From: Dehalococcoidia bacterium
GTDB lineage: Bacteria; Chloroflexota; Dehalococcoidia; UBA6926
NCBI GenBank assembly: GCA_963666115.2
Contig: CAXXET010000004.1
Coordinates: 224,001-288,000, forward strand
Reading direction: 5' to 3'
Length of the DNA: 64,000 nucleotides
The translations under genes were made by a program, and so were the position numbers. Below, piece after piece: positions 20,661 through 29,603 of the stretch. The stretch's first letter is position 1. Each line of letters opens with the position of its first letter. The notes beneath the pieces are model-generated. The model was not told the origin of the DNA. It saw only the letters and a program-made list of their open reading frames with translations, and did no database searches.

Positions 20661-21971
20661 CTAACCGGTTCGGCGCGAGGGGTGGGATTCCGGCAGGAGG
20701 ATGCCGATTAGTCCTACTGTGACTGAGACGGGCAGGACGATGAAGAGGGCTGTTGCGAGCGAGCCTGTCCCCTCTTGCAGCACGCCCGCAAGAATCGGGC
20801 CGATGGTGGAGCCGAGAGGGGTGATCGTCCGGATAAGCCCAACCGCCACCGCAACTTCGCGCGGGCGGAACTGCATGTCGAACGGCACTGTCATGATCAT
20901 CGGCACCACCGAGGACGTCATCATCCCTTGCAAGACCAGGAACGGCAACAGCGCCAGCGTCCATGAATCGCCCGACAGGAAACTATCGGGCAGCCACGCT
21001 ATCAGGGGGTTGTCGGGGCCCATTGACAGGATGGTCAGGTAGAGGACGGGCATGATGAATCCCTGGATGAAGATGAACGGCTTTCGCCGCCGCACCCAGT
21101 TGGATAACGGCCCGACGCTGAGCGAGCCAATCGTGCCGCCGATTGGGAACGCGGAGAACAGCAGGCCCACCGTGATCAGCGACAGCCCATGCTCCTCCTG
21201 CGCAAACGTCGGGAAGAACGTCACGAACGTCGCCCACGCCATCGCGCCGCCGAACTGTGTTGAGGCAATGACGAAGAGAATTGGATGCCGCTTGAGCACG
21301 CCCGCCGGGCCGCCCGGCGTCCCGTCGGCCCGCAGCGCGGCGGGCGGCATCTCCGTTGCCGAAGATTGGTACGGACGCTCGCGCCCAACGATGAACCACA
21401 CGATTGCGACGCCGGCATAGACGACAGCAAGAAGCAGGTGGATACCCCGCCACCCGCCAACGTGGGGCATGAGTATCGGCACAAGCCCGATGGCGGCCAA
21501 TTGGCCGATTCCGAAACTCGCGACCGTAATGGAATTGAGCGTGGCGATGCGCGGTCCGCTGAACCACTGCTGGATCAACATCACCTCCGCCTGCGTCCTG
21601 GACACAAGCGCGTACATGAACATCAGCCTCGCCGCCAGCAGTATCCAGTAGTTCGGCGCGATGCCCTGCAAGACCGCGGTAATCGTCATGCCGATAAGCG
21701 CCAGCAAGGTCACGAGGCGCGGGCTGAACCGCGACATCCAGATCGCGGACGGCAGGGAGAGGGTGGTCAGCGCGACGAAGAATGCAGACCCCAGGTAGCC
21801 CTCCTCGACGGGCGTGATGTTGAACTCTTCGCGGATCTCCGGCAGGGTCAGCCCGATCAGGAAGATCATCACCGTGGACGTGCCGTCCACCGCCCACAGG
21901 GCGGACATGACGACCCACCCGGTGCGACGGGTGTAAGCCGGAGACTGTGCGGCGGCCCCGAGGCCGCTCAT
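20661..21971 (-). CDS. MFS transporter
   Basis: About 12 TM segments with MFS-like spacing; last gene of the thiolase-DUF35 operon. Confidence 0.85.
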   Translation of the reverse strand: MSGLGAAAQSPAYTRRTGWVVMSALWAVDGTSTVMIFLIGLTLPEIREEFNITPVEEGYLGSAFFVALTTLSLPSAIWMSRFSPRLVTLLALIGMTITAVLQGIAPNYWILLAARLMFMYALVSRTQAEVMLIQQWFSGPRIATLNSITVASFGIGQLAAIGLVPILMPHVGGWRGIHLLLAVVYAGVAIVWFIVGRERPYQSSATEMPPAALRADGTPGGPAGVLKRHPILFVIASTQFGGAMAWATFVTFFPTFAQEEHGLSLITVGLLFSAFPIGGTIGSLSVGPLSNWVRRRKPFIFIQGFIMPVLYLTILSMGPDNPLIAWLPDSFLSGDSWTLALLPFLVLQGMMTSSVVPMIMTVPFDMQFRPREVAVAVGLIRTITPLGSTIGPILAGVLQEGTGSLATALFIVLPVSVTVGLIGILLPESHPSRRTG

Positions 21972-21978
21972 CGATGAA

Positions 21979-22413
21979 TCACGCAGGCTTGAACTTCACC
22001 AGCGTCCACTCGGGCGTGATGTCGTCATACACCGCGACGACGGGCATGTTCACCTCAACGTCGTGCGGCTCAATGCCGATCACGTTGGAGATCATCCGCG
22101 CCCCCTCGTCCAATTGGATGATCGCGTACACATACGGCACGTCCTCGTTGAACCGCGGATCATTCGGCTGGTAGACGATGGTAAAGGCGTGGACGCGCCC
22201 GCGCCCAGAAACCGGCGCCCATTCAAGGTCGTCGGACAGGCAGGCGGGGCAAAGCTCGCGCGGGTAGAAGAAGAACCTGTCGCACATGCGGCATCGTTGG
22301 ATCACCAGCTCGTGCCGCTTCGTCGCCTCCCAGAACGGCTTGGTGAAGTCCCCCAGCGTTGTGCCGTGCAACCCACCCGGAATCGGCAGCGGCTTTGTAT
22401 ACTCAGTCGTCAT
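21979..22413 (-). CDS. Zn-ribbon/OB-fold protein (DUF35 family), thiolase partner
   Basis: PFWEA..RHELVIQRCRMC...YPRELCPAC, SGRG, PYV.AIIQLDEG.RMISN. Confidence 0.92.
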   Translation of the reverse strand: MTTEYTKPLPIPGGLHGTTLGDFTKPFWEATKRHELVIQRCRMCDRFFFYPRELCPACLSDDLEWAPVSGRGRVHAFTIVYQPNDPRFNEDVPYVYAIIQLDEGARMISNVIGIEPHDVEVNMPVVAVYDDITPEWTLVKFKPA

Positions 22414-22422
22414 CGTTTCATC

Positions 22423-23580
22423 CTAGAGCGCGGCCTCGGACCCGAGGACCAGGGTGGCCATACTGGACACCGTGCCGCCTCAACCGTTCACCAAACACAG
22501 GTCGTTCCGCTCAACCTGCCGAACGCCGCCCCGCCCCATGATCTGCCGCGTCGCCTCGATCACGTGGCGGAACCCGCCCGCGTCGCCGGGCTGCCCGCAT
22601 GAGAGCTGGCCGCCGTCCGTGTTGATCGGAAACTCGCCCTTGTACGTCGTATCCGTTGACGCGAAGAACGGGCCGATGTCGCCCTTGGGCACAAGCCCCG
22701 CGTCCTCAAGGCACACGGCATGAAGGATGGTGTAGCAATCGTAGAACTGCGCGAACTCGATGTCGGACGGCCCGTACCCCGCCATGCCGAGCGCGATGGG
22801 CGCGGAGCGCGTCACCACCGAGCGCGTTAGTCGTTCCCGCTGCCAACCCGACAGCGGGTCGCACGCGATGCCCGCGCCCAGGATGTACACAGGCTTGTTC
22901 TTGAGCGATTTCGCTCTCTCGGCGGACGTGAGAATGATGGCCGACCCGCCCGCGCACGGCATCACGGACTCCAGCAGCCGGATCGGATAGTTGATATACC
23001 GCGAATTGAGCACGTCCTCGATGGTCAGCGGCTGCCCGCGAAACACCGCGTTCTCATTCTCCAGCGCGTTGAAGCGTTGGTTCACGGAGATATTGGCCAA
23101 CTGCTCCTGCGTGGTGCCGTATTCGGCCATGTGGCGGGAGTACATGAGGCCGTAGCCGGTGTTCGCCGCGACGGCGGGGCCGTAAGGGTCTTCAAATTCG
23201 GTTCGCAGCCCCGGCGTGGCAGGACTGCCCCACGGGCTGCCCGCCTGCCGCGCCTCCGACAGCGTGACGAGGACGGTGGTGGCGAGCCCCGAGTAGATGG
23301 CCATCGCCGCGACGGACGTCGCCGTTGCCCCGCTCGCGCCCATCGTGCTGACGCCGGTTACGAAGTTGGGGTTGAGGCCCATGTATTCGCCGATGGGAGC
23401 GGGATAGAAGCTGCCGCCCTCAACGACGAGCCCGTCGATTTCCTCCTTGCGGATGCCCGCGTCGACAATCGCGTCGCGCGTCGCCTCCGCCATCAGCCCC
23501 AGGGCGGTGCGCCCCTCATAGGTGCGGCGCGTCGGCATCTCCGCGAAGCCCACAATCGCCGCTGCGCCTCGCATCGTCAT
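22423..23580 (-). CDS. SCP2/Ltp2-type thiolase-fold protein, 385 aa with an in-frame TGA at 22480-22482 (candidate selenocysteine)
   Basis: Family motifs YDCYT and INTDGGQLS. The frame continues after TGA as GGTVSSMATLVLGSEAAL-TAG, the expected final beta-strand, and ends 9 nt before the DUF35 ATG. Confidence 0.85.
22453..22471 (-). promoter_or_regulatory. Candidate bacterial SECIS element of the thiolase gene
   Basis: GGUG-U-CCA-GUA-UGG-C-CACC hairpin starting 9 nt after UGA; loop G at +17. Confidence 0.55.
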
Positions 23581-23689
23581 GACTCACCCCCAATCCACAT
23601 GATACTCACCATGCGCGTTGATGAGACTAGAGTTTACACTGAATAGGGATGCTTGTGCGCCCACATTTCTGTTCACCCGGGTGAGGGAC

Positions 23690-25402
23690 ATGACTCCGTC
23701 TGCCGAATTCGTTGACCTGATCCAGATTCTCGGTGTCGCCACCGTTGCGGCCGTTGCCGCGACGCTGCTGCGACAGCCGATTGTCGTCGCGTTTATCTTT
23801 GTCGGCGTCTTCGTCGGCCCGGCCGGCATCGACATGGTGCCTGCGGATTCTGAGTTCGTTGACCTGTTCGGGCGCGTGGGAATTGCACTGCTGCTCTTCG
23901 TCGTCGGCCTGAAGCTCGATCCCGCGCTCATCCGCACAGCCGGTTTCGTTGCCGTCGTCTCCGGCCTTGGACAAGTGATCATCACGACCATCATCGGTTT
24001 CCTGATTACGTTCATCTTTGGGGTCGATCTCCTGTCGGCGCTTTACATCTCGCTTGCGCTAACGTTCTCGAGCACAGTCATCATCGTGAAGGTTCTCTCC
24101 GACCGGCGCGAGATCGACTCACTCCATGGGCGCATCGCGCTCGGCATCCTGATCGTGCAGGACATTGTCGTCATCGTTGCCCTCACCCTGCTGTCCGGCC
24201 TCGAAGGGGCGGAGAGCGCCGAGTCGACCCTCCAGCAGTTGGGGCTGAGCGTGCTGCGCGGGGCGGCGCTTGTCGCAGCCATGATCATCATGGCGCGATT
24301 CCTTCTCCCGCTCATCGAGCCGCGCCTGCTCACAACGCCTGAAGTGCTGGTTCTGGGCGGCATCGCGTGGGCCGTGCTCATGGCGGCAGGCGCAACGTGG
24401 GCGGGATTCAGCCCAGAGATGGGCGCGTTCGTCGCAGGCATCGTGCTAGCGACCAAGAGGCCGCGCCAACTGGTGGCCGCCCGCCTCACCACCGTTCGAG
24501 ACTTCCTCCTGCTCTTCTTCTTCGTGAGCCTGGGAGTTCACCTACACCTTTCCGATTTGCAGGACCAACTCCTGGGCGCGATTGGGCTTTCACTCTTCGT
24601 GCTGGTGGGCAACCCGCTTATCGTCATGGGCATCGCCATTGCAATGGGTTTCCGCGCCCGCACGGGCCTAGTTGCCGGAATGGCGCTCGCCCAGATCAGC
24701 GAATTCTCCTTCATCCTGATGGCGCTGGGGTTGGATCTGGGCCACGTGGACGAATCCAGCCTTGCCCTCGTCACGCTGGTCGGGCTGATCACGTTCGCCG
24801 CGTCCACGTACATGATCACGTACGCCAACCAGATATACAGGTTCTTGCAGCCCGTGATGAGCAAAATCGAACGCCCCGTCGCGCATCGGGAAGATGAAAT
24901 CATCGATGAGGCGGATCAGCCCGTCCAGGTTCTTGTTTTCGGAACGGGGAGGCTGGGCACCGTCATCCTCTCGCGGCTGCGCGAGATTGGCGTTGAGGCG
25001 ATGGGCGTCGATTTCGACCCCGTCGCCGTGCGGCGTCTACAGGAACTCGGATTCCACATGAGATTCGCGGATGTTGAAGCCCCGGAATTCCTGCAAGGGC
25101 TGCCCCTGTCGTCGGCGCAGATGGCGGTGTCAACTATTCGCGCGCCCGATATCGAGGTGGGACTCGTCGAGGCGCTGCGGGACAACAACTTCCGCCGCCC
25201 CGTCCTCCTGACCAGCCAATCGGCCGCGACGGCCCATCGCCTTGAAGACCTGGGCGCGACGCTTGTGCTGCTGCCGTTTGAAGCCGCGGGCGAGCGGGCA
25301 TCGGAGATGATCGAGGAAACGCTGCGCGATCCGACGTACCTGGAACGCGCCCGCTCCAGCCCGCGCGCTCCGGTGGAGGATGAGTCGCTGGAGGAGCAGT
25401 AG
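23690..25402 (+). CDS. Cation:proton antiporter (CPA2/KefC-like) with TrkA-N domain
   Basis: LLFVVGLKLD, FSSTVIIVKVL, LIVQD, QISEFSFI; VFGTGRLG Rossmann domain. Confidence 0.92.
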   Translation: MTPSAEFVDLIQILGVATVAAVAATLLRQPIVVAFIFVGVFVGPAGIDMVPADSEFVDLFGRVGIALLLFVVGLKLDPALIRTAGFVAVVSGLGQVIITTIIGFLITFIFGVDLLSALYISLALTFSSTVIIVKVLSDRREIDSLHGRIALGILIVQDIVVIVALTLLSGLEGAESAESTLQQLGLSVLRGAALVAAMIIMARFLLPLIEPRLLTTPEVLVLGGIAWAVLMAAGATWAGFSPEMGAFVAGIVLATKRPRQLVAARLTTVRDFLLLFFFVSLGVHLHLSDLQDQLLGAIGLSLFVLVGNPLIVMGIAIAMGFRARTGLVAGMALAQISEFSFILMALGLDLGHVDESSLALVTLVGLITFAASTYMITYANQIYRFLQPVMSKIERPVAHREDEIIDEADQPVQVLVFGTGRLGTVILSRLREIGVEAMGVDFDPVAVRRLQELGFHMRFADVEAPEFLQGLPLSSAQMAVSTIRAPDIEVGLVEALRDNNFRRPVLLTSQSAATAHRLEDLGATLVLLPFEAAGERASEMIEETLRDPTYLERARSSPRAPVEDESLEEQ

Positions 25403-25409
25403 CTGCCGT

Positions 25410-26012
25410 CTAGTCGATGACGCCGATGCGCGGGCGCAGGCCGCGCTCCCGGCGTGTCAGCCGGAATCCGGCGCGGGACTCCGTTCGGTCGCGCTGTTTC
25501 GCGGCATCCGCCCACCCCTCATGGGCGAGGAGGCGTTCCTTGACGGCCAGCCCGCCGCCGAATCCGGTAAGGGCGCCGTCCGCGCCCACGACGCGATGTC
25601 AAGGGACGACGACGCCGAGCGGGTTGGCGCCAACCGCCTGCCCGATGGCGCGCGCCGCCTTTGGCCTGCCGATGGCGTGCGCCACGTCACCGTATGTCCA
25701 CACCTTGCCGGCGGGAATCTCGGTGAGGGTCTGCCAAACGGCGCGCTGGAAGTCCGTTCCGCCGTCCATGTCCAGCGGGCCCGAGAGATCCATCTCCTCC
25801 CCGTTCGTGTAGCGCGCCAGCGCGTCCGCCCAGTGGTTGAGAACCTCATTGGCAGGATCGTCATGGAGGAGGCCGGGGATGTCCGCGCGCTCCTGCTCGA
25901 TGAGCGCCCGATCATCATGCGGCCCCAGGACGGCTTTCAGACCCTTTGGCGAGGCGATAAGGCCGAGGAATCCGAGCGGCGTCGAAATAACCCTGTGACC
26001 GTTAGCGTGCAT
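25410..26012 (-). CDS. ogt: Methylated-DNA--protein-cysteine methyltransferase (Ogt/MGMT), 200 aa with an in-frame TGA at 25599-25601 at the catalytic position (candidate selenocysteine)
   Basis: [15 protein letters not shown]...TYG...AARAIG.A.GANP..VVVP-[TGA][28 protein letters not shown]...TAG; homology continues in frame across the TGA. Confidence 0.9.
25571..25587 (-). promoter_or_regulatory. Candidate bacterial SECIS element of ogt
   Basis: After UGA and an 11-nt spacer: perfect hairpin GGGCGC-GGACG-GCGCCC with the loop starting at G (+18). Confidence 0.7.
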
Positions 26013-28341
26013 CTGCGGTTCTCCTTCTCACCCTGGCGCGTCCCCTCGGCACGAATCTCAGCAGCGTCAACGCCAGCAGGCCGAATACGATCGCGCGCCA
26101 TGAGAACGGCCTGTCCGGCGCGGCGTCCTTATCAGGACCATACAGGACATGGTCGTACCATTGCACCACGCCGTACAGCGCCCACGTTGCGCGAGGCCAT
26201 GCGGCGGACAGGCGGCTGATGTACTCCGCCGGCGTCTCATCGGGCCTGGTCTTGACCCCCGCCAGCCGTCCAAGCCGGACGGTTCGCGCGTATGCCCGCC
26301 CGGCGGTGCGCGGCCGCGCCAATGCCTGCCACCAGAAGAACACGAGGATTGAGAGGCCAACGACGCCAAGAATTGCGCCCGCTCCGTACCAGACCCTCGG
26401 ATCGATCCCCACGTCCGGCAAAATCCCGGCGCCGGCATCGTCAAACTCCTGGTCGGCGGCGTCGAGGAAGCTGTCCTCCTGCAGCAGGTCTGCTTCCTCA
26501 AATGCGAACGCGCCGAGATCGCCCGCAAGCTCAAGGTCAACGTCGGGAACGAGCGCGGAGAACGTCCCCGTTGGCCCGCCGGGCGCGTCCGGCTCAACGT
26601 TCGGCGTCGGCTCAAACGGAATCCACCCGTACCCGGGGAAATAGGCTTCCGCCCACGAATGGAGATCGGTCTCGCGAACGACGAACGCGCCCAACTCGTC
26701 GTTGTACTCGCCGGGCAGATAGCCGACTGCCAGCCGGGCGGGGACCCCCACCGCGCGCAGCATCACCGTCATGGCGGAACCGAAGTACTCGCTGTAGCCT
26801 GCCTTTTCGCGGAAGAGGAAGTGTTCAAGGCCGTCAACGCCCGGGGGCGGGGCGTTGATGTTTTGGGAGTATTCGAGCTTGCGCAAGTATTCACGGATGG
26901 TGACGGCCTTGAGGTACGGCGTATCGGCGTCTTCGGCCCAGGTTTCCGCCAACTTGCGGACGCTCGGCGGCAAGTCGTCCGGCAACTGCAGATACCTCTC
27001 TGCCACCCAGTTTTTGTATTGGGGAGTGAGCGTGGTGATGTCCTCGACCGTTACCTGCGGGACGTAGGTTTGGACGGTATACCGCTGGTTGGGCTGCAAC
27101 ACGTCCGGGCTTTCCAGCTTGACCAGCCGATGGCCCTCATCGACGTCAATGTTGGTGAATTGGGCCTCGACGGGCAGGGTTGTGCGGAGAGGGGTGGCGG
27201 CGGTAAAGACGGTGGTCGCGGGGGCCTTGAGTTCAAAGGTCACGTTCCGAACACACTCCGGGCAGTTCGTGTAGCTGCTCCCCGCAATGTCCTCCAGTCC
27301 TCGCCGCTCATCGACGACCATCGGGCTGTTGCTCCAACCCCAGCCCGCGTAGCGGTCATAGGTCCGCGCGCGCCAGTACAGCCGCTCATCGCTCTCGACA
27401 TGCATCAAAATATCGGAGGGGAGGTTGATGTTGCCCCTGAACGGCAGCTCATCCGTGAAGCCGGACAGCCCCATCGACCGGCGCGCGGGCAGCGAGGCGA
27501 AGATGCGCGTGAACGTGCCTTCGGCGTTGCCGATGGGAGACCGCACTTCCGCCCAAAATGAGCGGACGACGCGCGGGCCTGAGCCAAGCGACGGCGTCAC
27601 TGTCACGACGAGGAACACGATCAGCGCAAACCAGATGCCGGCGTGCATGACGTGGGCAGGCAGCCAGGACCCCTGCGCGGCTGTCTGCTCATCCCATTTG
27701 CGGCTGCGTTCAAGATGGACGAGGCGGACGATGAGCAGGGCGGAGGCGAGCAGGAACGCCATGAAGAACGGGAGGGAGCTTGGCGGCAGGTAGGTCAGGT
27801 TGGTGACGATGGCGAACCCTGCCGGCAGCGTGGCCCAGATGTTGCGCAGCCGCAGCGTCAGGTAGACAGTCACGTAGGCAACGGCCCATGCGCCCAGCAG
27901 GAGCAGGAAGACGAACGTCAGCCTGTCCGTGCTTGCGCCGCCCTCCAACAACGCCTGCGCCCACAGCGTCATGCGGTAGACCGCGCTCAGCGCCCTGCCC
28001 TCCAGACTAGCCCCGGCCACGACCGTCAGCGTTTGCGCGAACGCCTGCGCCAGCGCGATGAACAGGGCAACCGCGTGCTGGACGACATGACTGCGGCGAT
28101 GCTTCGCGTTGATCAGCCCCGCCGCGCCCCCGATGAGCACCGCAAACGCCACCCCCGGAATCACGGGAACCCAGTGGGCATCCTCAACGCTCCAAACAAC
28201 GATCGCGGCGACCATAAACGCCAAGCCAACCGTCAGCCATCCCGTGTCCGGGTACGCCGCCGCCCGATGCCACGAGCGCGTCAGCCACGGCGGCACGTCG
28301 ACGGGCTGGGCGGGCGGCATCCGCTGCTCTGCCGTGCTCAC
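26002..28341 (-). CDS. Membrane transglutaminase-like protein (TgpA/DUF3488 plus DUF4129)
   Basis: N-terminal TMs, YWRARTYDRY, GYSEYFGSAMTVMLRAVGVPARLAVGY, HSWAEAYFPGYGWIPFEPTP. Confidence 0.88.
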   Translation of the reverse strand: MSTAEQRMPPAQPVDVPPWLTRSWHRAAAYPDTGWLTVGLAFMVAAIVVWSVEDAHWVPVIPGVAFAVLIGGAAGLINAKHRRSHVVQHAVALFIALAQAFAQTLTVVAGASLEGRALSAVYRMTLWAQALLEGGASTDRLTFVFLLLLGAWAVAYVTVYLTLRLRNIWATLPAGFAIVTNLTYLPPSSLPFFMAFLLASALLIVRLVHLERSRKWDEQTAAQGSWLPAHVMHAGIWFALIVFLVVTVTPSLGSGPRVVRSFWAEVRSPIGNAEGTFTRIFASLPARRSMGLSGFTDELPFRGNINLPSDILMHVESDERLYWRARTYDRYAGWGWSNSPMVVDERRGLEDIAGSSYTNCPECVRNVTFELKAPATTVFTAATPLRTTLPVEAQFTNIDVDEGHRLVKLESPDVLQPNQRYTVQTYVPQVTVEDITTLTPQYKNWVAERYLQLPDDLPPSVRKLAETWAEDADTPYLKAVTIREYLRKLEYSQNINAPPPGVDGLEHFLFREKAGYSEYFGSAMTVMLRAVGVPARLAVGYLPGEYNDELGAFVVRETDLHSWAEAYFPGYGWIPFEPTPNVEPDAPGGPTGTFSALVPDVDLELAGDLGAFAFEEADLLQEDSFLDAADQEFDDAGAGILPDVGIDPRVWYGAGAILGVVGLSILVFFWWQALARPRTAGRAYARTVRLGRLAGVKTRPDETPAEYISRLSAAWPRATWALYGVVQWYDHVLYGPDKDAAPDRPFSWRAIVFGLLALTLLRFVPRGRARVRRRTADAR

Positions 28342-29594
28342 GCTCCCCACCTCTCGGGCCGCGTGAAGCTGCGGCGGTTGCCCGGCTGCATGGCAATCGG
28401 GCCCAGCGCGTTGAAGCTCAGGGCGCGCCCGATGTCATCGCCGAGCCGCACGATATACGCCGCGACGCCCATCGAATACAGGCTCGCAAGTTCGGCGGAG
28501 TGGTCGCCGGACGCGCCGAAACTCGTCGGCTCCAGCAGGATGACCGCCCCGGGCGAGTTCCGCTCTTGCAGGATGGACGCGGCGGCGATGGCGTCTTGCA
28601 CAGACGGGGTGATGGCGATGACGCCGGTTCGACGGCTGAATTGCGCCTCGTGGATGCCGAGCAGTTCACCCAGGCTGACCCTGCCCTCCGCCCGGCACAG
28701 CGCTAACGCTTCCAGGATGCGCCACAGGTGCTTGTCGCCGGTTCCGTTGGGGATGGTGTATTCGGAATCGCCGATGGCGGAGAAGCCCACGCCGTTGTCG
28801 AACTCCAGCAGGTAGCGCGCGATGGAGGCGGCAACCGTGACGCTAACCTCTTCCGTGCCGCTCAGGCCCTCGCCCACCTGCACAGCCGCGTTGAGGTCGA
28901 GGAGTATCGAGAGATCGGACTGCACCTCCGTCTCGAACTCCTTGACCATGAGGCGGTTGAGCTTCGCGCTGCTCTTCCAATGGATGCGGTTGAGGCTGTC
29001 GCCAACGGTGTAGCGTCGAACGGATACGACGTTGGGCGTGAACTGGGACGTTGCGCGGTAGTCCGGCGCGTCGCCCGTCTCCTCCGCGCTGGAGATCACG
29101 AAGTCGTCAAGCGGGAACGGGGCCGGATAGACGACCAGTTCGCGCCGCTCGCCGATGACTCGCGTCGTCTCGAAAAGGCCGAACGGGTCGGACGCCGTGA
29201 CGCGCAGCGGCCCCCAGTGAAAGCGGCCGCGCTTGTCCGCGCGCGTTCCCAGTTTCGTCCAGTTGCGCGAGCCGCGCGTGGGCACGCCCATGACCTCGGA
29301 CGCAAGCGCAGGAACGTCGCCGATGTCCTCGATATGCAGCCAGGGGCGCGGCAGGAGGGAGGTATTTTCCAGCCACACGGACTCCTCCACGCGCTCCCCC
29401 ACCTGCGCCAGCGACGGCTGATCGTCCGCGCCCGCGCTGATTCCGCGCAGGCTCAGCTTCGTCCACAGCCACGCCAGGATGAACACGGCGATGACGGCGC
29501 TGAGCAGATAGGACATGACGTAGAATCCCGACCCAAGGGTCAGGAAGAGCGCCATCAGGATCAGCGCGCCCAGATAGACGCGGCGACTCCGCAC
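28338..29594 (-). CDS. DUF58 domain protein
   Basis: RG...GP....SDPFGLF, VRRY.GD.L.RIHWKSSAK, LMVKEFE. Confidence 0.9.
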   Translation of the reverse strand: MRSRRVYLGALILMALFLTLGSGFYVMSYLLSAVIAVFILAWLWTKLSLRGISAGADDQPSLAQVGERVEESVWLENTSLLPRPWLHIEDIGDVPALASEVMGVPTRGSRNWTKLGTRADKRGRFHWGPLRVTASDPFGLFETTRVIGERRELVVYPAPFPLDDFVISSAEETGDAPDYRATSQFTPNVVSVRRYTVGDSLNRIHWKSSAKLNRLMVKEFETEVQSDLSILLDLNAAVQVGEGLSGTEEVSVTVAASIARYLLEFDNGVGFSAIGDSEYTIPNGTGDKHLWRILEALALCRAEGRVSLGELLGIHEAQFSRRTGVIAITPSVQDAIAAASILQERNSPGAVILLEPTSFGASGDHSAELASLYSMGVAAYIVRLGDDIGRALSFNALGPIAMQPGNRRSFTRPERWGA

Positions 29595-29603
29595 GCTGCC
29601 CCC

